Below, piece by piece: positions 34,240 through 43,514 of a DNA stretch of 43,514 nt. The DNA is from Hydrurus foetidus (lineage: Eukaryota). The DNA lies in NCBI GenBank assembly GCA_900617105.1, contig UYFQ01000676.1:1-43514 (forward strand). Direction: 5' to 3'. The notes under the pieces are model-generated. The model was given only the letters and a program-made list of their open reading frames with translations. It was not told the DNA's origin and did not search any database. Position 1 is the first letter of the stretch. Every line of letters starts with the position of its first letter. The position numbers and the translations under genes are program-made.

Positions 34240-37140
34240 GAAGTGTTGGAGGAGTGCCCTACATGCCGAGGCGGCTGTGGCGTCCGGGCACCAAAAAAGC
34301 TCCGTCCATCTTGAGAAGGTGTCAATGATGACAAGAACGTGTGAGTCGTCCGGGAAGGGTCCGATGAAGTCCATGTTGATGGTATCGAACGGGTTGTACG
34401 TCGAAGAGGCGAAGTGGTGGAGCTGGATGGGAATGCGGACCGCGCTCATCTTCTGGCAGCAAGGGCAGTGACCTAGCGATGCGAGCTTGTCCAACGTCCT
34501 AGCGTTGCCTCCGTGTCCAATCATGCCGTTGTGGCATTGCTCTATCCACTCCAAATTTTCGTCAGTCGCTGACGGGCACACCTCGAGGGCCGCCATCAGG
34601 CGGACTGGTCCATCCATCACCACCGGAGTGTAGTCAACCGCCAGCTCAATGAGGTTGGGGCACAGCCTGGATAATGAGTCCGCCATCTCATTGTCTTTGC
34701 CTGGAACGAACTTCACCTCGAAGTCCAGCTCTTGAAGCGCAATGAACCACCGAGATACCATGGAACTTGGACTTTGCTTCATGAACGTGATGTTCTGGTG
34801 ATCCGTGTGTATCGTGAACTTGCGGTCTCTGATCAGCGAGTCAAACTGTTGGCAACAGTGAAAGATGGCGTATGCCTCCTTCTGCATTGTGGACCAGTTG
34901 ATCTGGGTCGAGGAGAGAGATTTGCTGACAAAGGCGATGGGTCGCCACACCTGACCCACAACTTGGTAAAGAACTCCAATGATGCCGTAGTCGGACGCAT
35001 CCGTGTACAACCGGATAGGCGAGTCGTCGTCCAGGAAGTACATTAGGAGGCATCTTGAAATCGCCAGCTTGATCGCATGGAAAGCCTCCACTCCTGCCGG
35101 CGCCCATATGGGGGCTTCCTTCTTTCTGGCTTTGTGGTCAATCATGTTTTGTAGGGGCCTAACTATGTCGGAGTGATTTGGTACAAATCCCCGAAAGTAG
35201 TTCGCCAGTCCGAGCAGGGAGCGCAGTGCGGTCATAGTCTTGGGTCTTGGAAATTTGGGGACATTCTCTATCTTGGGTGCCGACATGGATAGGCCATCTT
35301 TAGATACCACTCTCCCTACGTACTCGATACTTGCCATTCCGAAACGGCACTTCTTGGCCTTGAGTAAGAGTCCGCGGTCTTTGAAGCGTTGGAGGACCTC
35401 CCGCAGTCTCTCCACGAACTGGTCTTCATTGGAGGCGTAGACGATGCAATCATCCAGGTACATCTCACACGAGACATATAGGAGACCTTGTAACACCTTA
35501 GAGACCATCTGCTCTTGGAAGTACGAGGGCGCCCGCTTGGGGCCGAAAGGTAGTCGGGTGAAGTGGTATATACCCGCAAAGCAGAGGAACGCGGTGTAGA
35601 TCCGATGATCAGGGTGGATGGGTGCCTGATGGTAACCGCTGGTGAGGTCCATCACTCCAAAAATCTCGGGCTTGCAGTTACCGATGCGCTCGAAGAGTCC
35701 CTTGATGTTCGGCAAGGGCCAACTGGCGGGCTCGATGCACGCGTTAAGGCCTCTGAAATCCATGCACACCCTAACCTTATCCGGAGTCTGCTGTACCACC
35801 ACGGGGTGACTGTAGTATGACGCGGTGGATTTCTCCACGATCCCTTTCTTGATCATCTCGTTTATCGACTTGTGTAGCTCCAGCTCCTTTTTTGGTGTAG
35901 TGTGACGTAAGGGTCCGCGGTTCTTGCTGGTCTCCCATTCGGACTTCTTTACATCGAACGTGAAGGGGTCTATGTCAGCCGGTTCCGCTGCCAGCTCGTC
36001 GCTGAAGATTCCAGGGAACTCAGAGCATACCGCCTTGCATTTAGCTTGGAGGCTAGCAGTACCCTCGAAACCGATCTGCTTCATATATGCTAATTTGTCT
36101 TTGGGTCCTGGGTCCGTCGCCATGTCGTCCAAGAGGAACGGGCCAAACGCGTCTGTTTTCTCACTATCAATCTCGTCATTAGAGATACTGATACCACTGG
36201 GCTTATCGCAGACAGTGTCGAGAGCAGGGCCTTCGATAACCAAAGGTGGAGCCGGAGGGGTGTGATTAAGGTCGACACCAGGACGCGGTGTATCATCCTT
36301 CCGCGTGACTAAAGTCGCAATGACGCTGGCTAAAAGTCTGCGACTTCCGGGTTGCCTTTGACTAGTGTCCGGAGCTGGAGTCGGATGAGCGCATGGCGTA
36401 GGAACATTGGTCTCAGGCGGTGGGGCGGCCTGGATCACTTGGGGTGCCCCTACTTGAGCCGGAGCTGTAGGGGAACCTGTCCCCAAAGGGATTGCCTGCG
36501 GGCCATAGCTTGCTAGCTTTTCCTCCGCCTTCTTTTTGTTCTTTGCTGCTTTCCGTTTCTGAGACGCAGCGCGTTTCTCATACTTGAGTTTATTGTCTGG
36601 TGCCGGCGAAGCTCGCAGGTCTTCTGGAGTTGTCTCAATGAGAATCGTGTCCTTAGTCTTCTTGTCAGCTGCAGTTTTGCGGTTGTAAGCCTTGGACGGG
36701 CCTGACTTCGCGCCAGCAGGGACAGGGGGCGGTTTCAGAAGTAGACCATAGGTGGGTGGAGCAGACTCGGTCGGGAAACCCAAGGCAGTTGGTGTGAGAA
36801 TGTTGAACTTATATTTATTAAGGGAAAGACGTCCTATGATCAGGTCTACGGCGGAGTCAGGGTTGACTCTGGCCTGGAGGTACACCGTGTGGATCTTGTT
36901 GTCTTTACAAAGAAAAGTTACGCCTATGTCGACTACTGCAGTGCTAACAAAACAGTCGCTGTTGAGACCCGAGCACACAGTAATAGGCTCGTCAGACTTG
37001 TACATGTGTGCCGAAGCACCTAGGCGAATCGTGAAAGCTTCAGAAATAAAATCTCCGGCCACGGCTCCGGTATCTAAAAATGCTAGAGCCTTGATCTCTC
37101 TGGTTTGCACAACCGTGGGGTCCGTGCACCCTTTAGGCTG
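34240..37140 (-). pseudogene. pol: pol of element D (PR-RT-RH-partial IN)
   Basis: FLDTGA, MDLTSGYHQ, LPFG, YLDD, TDASDYG, shortened HHCC region, MDFIGP. Confidence 0.92.
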
Positions 37141-37178
37141 TCAGGCAAAAAGAGTAACAGAGAGGCAATCTTTAGTAG

Positions 37179-38210
37179 TCAGAAGATGGTCGACATTGTC
37201 CACATACAATGGCATGACAGGCGGCATCTCGAACGATGAGGGTGGGGTGAGCCATATTTGGTCACTTTCATCTGTGCTCGCCTTGCATTGTTGAGCACCT
37301 TGATAAAGCGGACGAGGCAGGACCTCCATGTCTCCTCATCCTTGAGGTTCTCTACCAGCTTGAGCTGCAGGTAGTCAGTCTGGATCTGGCTTCCTGGGGG
37401 GAAGCGTTTCTCCACTAACTTGACTAAGTCCCGCTTTTGCTCCAACGTCATCTGGGGGTGTTCCATCGCAAACGTGCGAGCCACGGAGGTGTACTCACGC
37501 ATTGTCTGGACTTCCAGATTGGGATCGTCGTAACAGTACTGGAAGGCCACCTTCTCGAATGCTTGGGTCAGGGTCTCCCCTGTCTCCGGTCGCATCCCGA
37601 AGTACCTGACGACGAGTTCTGCAATCGTCAGGATGGGTAGCTCTTTCCAGTTCGCAAGCTGTGCTGGTGAGAGGTGCTTGATTGTGTCGTCGATCATGAT
37701 CCTGATGTCCAAGGCGTCCACCGCTTCCTCTCTCATGACTTGGTTCAGCTCGATCCCGTCTCCCTGACTGTTGGCCTGCTGAAGGAACTCCTTGGCTGCT
37801 TGAGGCGTAATCTGAGAATCCTCGATTATGAAGAGCGGCTTCTGCAACTGAAGAGCTCTGTTGAGTTTCTTCTTGTTGAACTGCTCTGATCCTCCAGGCA
37901 TCTGAGTGCTGCCGTACGGGAGCATGCAATTGTCAGATATGAACGATGCGTTCATATCCATGAGATCATCATCTATGATTCTCTTCGGAAAAGTTTTTCC
38001 GAACTGTCGTATCCATCGTCTCCATCTCGCGGTGTCGGCTGCACCGATTGTGATCTCATTGGTGGACGATGAGCCACGGTTGACGTCGACGAAGACGACG
38101 ATGAAGACGAAGACGGGCCGGAAACAGGCGTCGGATTCATCGCTCGGATCGCGTCCTAAAACTTTCTTAAAAATCCTTTTAAAACCTCTAAGATCTTTCA
38201 AATCCTGCAA
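37179..38210 (-). pseudogene. gag: gag of element D (nucleocapsid apparently deleted)
   Basis: Similar to gag of E (AAKEFLQQ vs AAREFYEH; LVVRYF vs LVLRYF); no CCHC knuckle. Confidence 0.75.
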
Positions 38211-38697
38211 AAATTTTGCGAGGGGTTTCCCTACAGCGTCTCTTTAAACGCTGTCTTCGACGGACTTTAGGAAATTAGAATTAAAAGGTAGATACGAAAA
38301 ATAATTAAAGGTGCTGCAAAAGTCTTCCGAAAAATGAAAGAACAGATCTCCACGAAGAAAGCTCCTCCAACGTTCCACAGTAGCTATAAATTTCCAGCTA
38401 GTGAAGGCTGCTGCTCCGGCTCCGTTTTTTAGAATTCAGATAAGGGATACTTATGTTCTATCGAATCGGAATTGACTTCGATTCTTCAGCGAGATAAAAT
38501 ATCAAGCTGGGACGCTCGGGCAACTTGGCGCGGCGACTTGAAACTTGAGGGGCCTTGATTGGGCCTCTTGAAAACGACTTTGAAGGCTTCCTTGGACGTG
38601 GTTGGGACCGCGTGGACAGGAAGTCTAGCTAAGCAGAAATGGATTGCAGAAGATGGGAGTTGCAGTAGAAATTAGAGGGAAAATGGGCAAGTAGCGC

Positions 38698-38876
38698 TAC
38701 TGTGGTCCGAAGGGGGTTGGAAAGAGGAAGGTTTTGGCAAGAAGAGCTCTCTTAGAGTTACAACGGGTTGGAAGCTGTCTATGGGATAAACAACTGAAAG
38801 GTTGCACTGAAAGGTTAGTGATGTCAGGATTGACATCTCAAACTACCATACATCTACAAGCACGTATGTACCGTCA
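38698..38876 (-). repeat. Inferred 5' LTR of element D
   Basis: Begins TGACGG where the pol of E stops; ends CCACAGTA like the LTR ends of A and C. Confidence 0.55.
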
Positions 38877-40001
38877 GAGGGTCCAGGGGTCCGGAGACCC
38901 CGGAACCACTACACCACTGCCCGTCCATAGCGCAGATGGACCCCACTCTTCTCCCACTGTTGGAATACGGTGGGTGCTCGAGTGACCTTCGTCTCCATTG
39001 TCAGCAGTGTCGGTAATCAGGCGACACTGTGTACAAGGACTACGCGATCCGACAGCGTCACTATGATGACAACAGACGTCGGTATGTGAATCTGTACCGA
39101 TGTCGGACTCTGCCCTTAAGGGAAGTAGACCGATGTCATCTGGGCTATGTGACGTTTCGACTAACGTAGGGTCAAAGCCCATACGTGTCGGTGTCAGCAC
39201 AAACAAGTTGTGTTGATTCAGGGACTTGCGTCCGATGATCAGATCCAGTTGTGCAAAAGGATTAACACTAAAAGTGATATAGATAGTGTGCTTAATTTTA
39301 CTATCATCGAGAAAAGTAAGGCCTAAATCGACTAAGGTATTACACCTATAACAAGTGCCATCGAGACCGCTACAAACGTTAAGTGCGGTTGAAGACACAT
39401 AACAATGAGCAAGTGCATCGAGTGAGACAAGCAGTGATTTGGAAACAAAATCGCCGGCCATGCTACCCGTGTCTAGGAGCGCGTGCGCTGTAAGACTAAG
39501 TCCCGCGGACTGAGATGCTGACGCGGCTGTGGTGAGGGCGTGTCCCTGCAAGGTTCTTCGTTCATCCTTGAACACCAATAATGAGAGAAGTTCATTAGGA
39601 TTCGTTGAATGTACCGCTGCTACAATCGAGTCAGACGGTAAGGTACCTATGAGCGGTATTTTCGACACGTCGGTCTGGTTATGGCACGCCGCCAGCACCT
39701 CCGAGATTAGCGGCAGGGAGGTAGGGGGTGGCTGTTACACGTGAAGACATGTGGGAAGAACATCGTTAATGTTATCCGATAGAGCATTGGAAGGGGTTGA
39801 GACCTCCAATGAATCAGTTATGAGTATATCAGAGTTGAGCATACATAAAGATGGTGGTGTATCGGTAGGGCTACATGTGTTAGCCGCATGTATCGCCACT
39901 ACCAATGCATCCACCACCGTGGTATGAGTTAACGTACCATCGTATGGGGCTGGGAGTGTTTGGCCACAGTTGGCTGCGTTACTGGAGGTGTTGTCGGCCA
40001 A
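38877..40001 (-). pseudogene. pol: Gag-PR linker and protease of element E
   Basis: ORFs 39735-40001 and 38874-39698 are in one frame, separated by one TAA; aspartic protease motifs present. Confidence 0.85.
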
Positions 40002-40126
40002 CGTGGTGTTTTGTCCACCTGAACCGTATCGCGGTTTGTTGGTGGAGCTTCGGTTAAAGTTCCCCCCATGATTGGGGTTCCCTTGGTATTTTTTCTCATG
40101 ACCACCTCCTGGGGGATGGGCTTTAT

Positions 40127-43006
40127 TCAGTACCTCGTCAGTGAGTTTGTTTCACGACGGGGTATCTGGATTTTGAAGCGGTCCAGACCAGGGATGCGGT
40201 CGTGGAGAGGATAGGTCGCATGACCGTATTGTACCCACGTGCGACCCATGTTGGAGTGGTCCCACGGAACATTGTGGTTGGTGTTTGAATCCACCATCCA
40301 CATGTATGGGCAGTTTTTCAGCAGATGGTCGCTGTGTCCACACGAGTTACACTGTCGGAGTGGTGTTGTTGGCAGTGCCAGCGGTGGTAATGCTGGGAGT
40401 GCCGCACCAACCAACAGGGTTTTGGGGTTAGTCGTGAGAGATAACCCATACGGATTTTGTCTCGCGGGGTGACAGTAAATGTCGTTGGGGTCCCCGAAAG
40501 CCGCTACGTGTAGCTGGAGCTGTCGTACCGCATTGACTTGGGAGAAGAAGCGACGCATCGCAAATTCCCAATCGTCCACGTCATGCGGGTTGACGCGCTT
40601 ATGCTCTTTGTATTTGGCGGTGATGGCACCGTTAAGAGGCATCTTTTTCTCTAAAATGAGAGTGAGTGCAGCATGGTCGGAGGTGCTGAGTGGGCCATGT
40701 ACTTGTACATGATTCTCAACCACCTCACGAAACTGCGTCATGCAGCGCATCTCAATCTCACTTTTGTTGTAACAAAAGGCGAGATGTACTTCGGAGAAAT
40801 GCTCCGCCAGTGACTGCCCGAGTTGCGTGTCCGCGCGAAAGTAGCGCAGGACTAAGTGCGCAACTTGAGGAACCGTCAAAGTTTGGAGCCACACTTTACG
40901 TGTCTCCTCGGAGTATGGATAATCTTGATCCGTATGGATCTGATCATCAATGCATCTGACTGCTTTAGTCGAGATGACTTGACCAACATCGTAGTTGTTG
41001 GTCCAGCGCTGGGAGTGCTCATAAAACTCCCGCGCTGCATCCTGTCCAATAATGCCGGACGCATTCACGTTGAGAACGTAAAGTACCGTTTGCAGTGCAA
41101 TAGCGGATATAGGTCGGGAACCATCATCCACCGCACGTCCACCCACTACAAGCGCTGTAGGGATCGCACTGGGTGTGGCAACCTGTACCGCGGATACGTT
41201 GATCGGTGACGTATGATCATGTATATACCGTGGTATCGGCGGTCGTACTGGGTGCGCTGCATTGGGGTCGAGACCGCCCCCTGCAGCTCGGAACGCTGCC
41301 GTTTGCAGCTCGTAATCGATGATGCGATCCGTTGCGGGTAGCACCACGATGTCTGGAGGATCCAGGGGAAGTGGGGTAGGAACCCGAATTTCCCGTGGGA
41401 TTTTCTGGATGACTCGTTGGGGTTGGGGGTTATAATCGGAGTCACCAGTAAACGTACGTACGTACGTAGGACATTCGGGTGGCCCTGGTGGGGAGGCTTG
41501 TCGCTTGCGTGACGTTGGACCCTCTTGAGGGGGTAACGCGCGTTTGCGAGGAGCATCCGCTGTGCGGGTTACTGTCCCCACATCTTCGGGGATGCGCGTA
41601 TCGCGACTCTCGAGCAATCTAGAGTTGTCGGTCACGCGTATGGACGCACGTGGAGTCGTACGACTCTCAGTCGCACGTTCGTCCTCATATTGGTTTTCGT
41701 TGTACTGACGACTGTCAGTATTACGATTGCCCCTGTTCGAGGTATCATGTTGGCGACGATCGTCCCCTTGATGATTTTCCCTGGGGGGACTGTCGTCGTA
41801 ACCCTGTGGGGGTTCTCTACGACTTCTCCTGTTGGAGTTGTTATCTCCCTGACGGAAGTTGTCATTGTTGTCGTCGCGAAAATTCTCGAAATTGCGAGTA
41901 TTCGTAGAATAATTCCCCCTATTGGGGTTGTCATTACGACGAGAATCCTCGTAATTACGATTATCCCTTTGGGGGTTATCGTTGGGACGTTGGAAGGTGT
42001 CTCGGCGATTATCCCTGTTAGGGTTGTCGTCTTGTTGACGATTATCGCTATCGCGACGCCCGTCATTCTGAAGTGGGTTGTCGTCGTTGCGACGATTGTC
42101 GCTGTTGCGTCGATCGTCATATTGACGTCTGTTATCGTCATTGAATTGGGTGTTGTACCCGCGACGTCCCTCGTTGTCGTAATCATGACTGTCGTCATTC
42201 TGACGGTAATTGTCGTTATAACGACGATTATCGCTTAGACGATGATTGTCGTTGCGGCGATCATCGTTATATTGACGTCCATCGTTATCGTGACGATTGT
42301 CGTTACGGTGCTCCGTACCGTATGAAGGGCCCGTATTACGGTTGTCCCTGGGAGGGTTGGAGTCATCGTAGTTACGACGATTGTCGTTGTGACCTTGATT
42401 GTCATCATTAAAACGCCGATAATCGTTGTTGTTTCGATTATCGTCATTGTATTGACGCTGGTTAGAATCGTTGCGTTGACGGTTATCGTAACGATTAACG
42501 TCACCACCGTCTTCGCTACCACTCTGTTGATTCGGAGTAGGCGGATAGTCGCCCGTTGCATCTCCGTCGAAGGGGTTATTTCGACGAGTTGAGTTGTCAT
42601 AACTGTCGAGGCCCTGACGACGGAGATATCGTTGCGGGGGTGAATCCATACGGCGGCGAGGGTTTGTATCGCCGTCGTCATCATCCCGGTCAGGGTCGCT
42701 GTTGTGGCGTGTCTGTTGACGGTTTGCGTCTGACGAACGCAACGTGACATTGTCTTGTTGTCGCGTTGTGTGAACGTCGTCGTCGTCGTCGTTATGACGA
42801 TTAGGCGGCGCCTGATTGGAACTGTTGGTAGGTCCCAGCATTGTTACTGGGAATACCGGTCGATCAGTTCCATCAGACGCAGCTACTGCTGTCGGCGCTG
42901 TTGGTGTCGACTGAGTTTTTGAAACTGTCGTCGCTGCCGGAACTACTTGAGTAGTTAATTCGGCGAGCGACGGCGAGATCTCCGAAGAGTCATCGGATAA
43001 CGGCAT
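40127..43006 (-). CDS. gag: gag of element E (959 aa) with a long N/D/R low-complexity N-terminus
   Basis: Long ORF, CCHC knuckle, capsid-region similarity to gag of D. Confidence 0.88.
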   Translation of the reverse strand: MPLSDDSSEISPSLAELTTQVVPAATTVSKTQSTPTAPTAVAASDGTDRPVFPVTMLGPTNSSNQAPPNRHNDDDDDVHTTRQQDNVTLRSSDANRQQTRHNSDPDRDDDDGDTNPRRRMDSPPQRYLRRQGLDSYDNSTRRNNPFDGDATGDYPPTPNQQSGSEDGGDVNRYDNRQRNDSNQRQYNDDNRNNNDYRRFNDDNQGHNDNRRNYDDSNPPRDNRNTGPSYGTEHRNDNRHDNDGRQYNDDRRNDNHRLSDNRRYNDNYRQNDDSHDYDNEGRRGYNTQFNDDNRRQYDDRRNSDNRRNDDNPLQNDGRRDSDNRQQDDNPNRDNRRDTFQRPNDNPQRDNRNYEDSRRNDNPNRGNYSTNTRNFENFRDDNNDNFRQGDNNSNRRSRREPPQGYDDSPPRENHQGDDRRQHDTSNRGNRNTDSRQYNENQYEDERATESRTTPRASIRVTDNSRLLESRDTRIPEDVGTVTRTADAPRKRALPPQEGPTSRKRQASPPGPPECPTYVRTFTGDSDYNPQPQRVIQKIPREIRVPTPLPLDPPDIVVLPATDRIIDYELQTAAFRAAGGGLDPNAAHPVRPPIPRYIHDHTSPINVSAVQVATPSAIPTALVVGGRAVDDGSRPISAIALQTVLYVLNVNASGIIGQDAAREFYEHSQRWTNNYDVGQVISTKAVRCIDDQIHTDQDYPYSEETRKVWLQTLTVPQVAHLVLRYFRADTQLGQSLAEHFSEVHLAFCYNKSEIEMRCMTQFREVVENHVQVHGPLSTSDHAALTLILEKKMPLNGAITAKYKEHKRVNPHDVDDWEFAMRRFFSQVNAVRQLQLHVAAFGDPNDIYCHPARQNPYGLSLTTNPKTLLVGAALPALPPLALPTTPLRQCNSCGHSDHLLKNCPYMWMVDSNTNHNVPWDHSNMGRTWVQYGHATYPLHDRIPGLDRFKIQIPRRETNSLTRY

Positions 43007-43194
43007 CGTTAAATGACTTATGTCTTGACAATTTTAAGTAGCGAGAGTCGCCAAAAAATTGCAAGGGCTTCGCCTCGTGCCGTTTGGATGAAAATCAAAC
43101 AGACGATTAGGCGAAGCAAAATAAGTCAAGTAAGTTCTGGGCGGATGAATGAATCAATCCGCACAAAATGAGCCGGGATTGGGAGACTTGCTCG

Positions 43195-43512
43195 ATCAAG
43201 CAAGCTTGAAGCGAGAGATGGGCAGAAGTTAACTGAGTTAACTCTGCACAATGATATGGGATTGCCGAGATGAAACTCGAGCAACCACAAGATAGTCAAG
43301 TATCGGGAGATAAATCTCAATCCGAGTGACTAAGTCTACGGCGTGGAAGCCAAAGCTATCCACGGACGTCAATCAAGCAAGCTTGAAGCGAGAGATGGGC
43401 AGAAGTTAACTGAGTTAACTCTGCACAATGATATGGGATTGCCGAGATGAAACTCGAGCAACCACAAGATAGTCAAGTATCGGGAGATAAATCTCAATCC
43501 GAGTGACTAAGT
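43195..43512. repeat. Direct repeat of 141 bp (43195-43335 and 43372-43512; period 177) upstream of gag E
   Basis: Two identical copies by eye; may continue beyond the window. Confidence 0.9.
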
Positions 43513-43514
43513 TA

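Larger units (their letters stand above)
34240..38876 (-). mobile_element. Ty3/gypsy element D (5' part), interrupted in integrase by element C
   Basis: gag-like ORF 37179-38210, pol to 34240, inferred LTR 38698-38876. Confidence 0.88.
38877..43514 (-). mobile_element. Ty3/gypsy element E (leader, gag, protease), interrupted by D; 5' LTR not identified in the window
   Basis: gag with CNSCGHSDHLLKNC; protease LLDTGS..DLIIGR. Confidence 0.85.

Noticed and set aside
41632..42750. Hydrophobic V/I-rich and Thr-rich ORFs that look like membrane or env proteins
   Set aside because: Antisense and off-frame shadows of the N/D/R repeat in gag E.
43195..43512. Possible CRISPR array or solo LTR pair
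   Set aside because: Only two long repeats, eukaryotic context, no TG..CA ends and no cas genes.

Overview
Eukaryotic genomic DNA, roughly 90% transposon-derived. A photosynthetic stramenopile is inferred from a bipartite-presequence gene, a CoDi-type copia and short spliceosomal introns. The window holds: (i) gypsy/chromovirus A (1-5725, minus, near-identical LTRs); (ii) two intron-containing host genes (kinase-like protein 6218-7840 +; Lys-rich protein 8814-9609 -); (iii) a four-level nest, hAT (9868-25638) > 3-bp-TSD MITE > pogo-like DDD transposon > gypsy B (11438-19322, identical LTRs), plus a P-like element inside the hAT; (iv) a small MITE and a 3'-truncated copia; (v) three same-strand nested gypsy 5' halves, C within D within E (28495-43514). 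Four signals stand out. First, a frame-switching intron candidate sits between nucleocapsid and protease in the minus-strand gypsy family: spliced gives Gag plus stop, retained gives Gag-Pol. Second, a 12-bp palindrome with different centres replaces the tRNA primer-binding site in four gypsy elements. Third, gypsy B has an IFDN RT motif, a CCCH-finger Gag, an antisense papain-like cargo gene and a tRNA-Met-like B-box. Fourth, the pogo-like transposon has a non-TA target duplication. All calls are by eye; no database searches were run.
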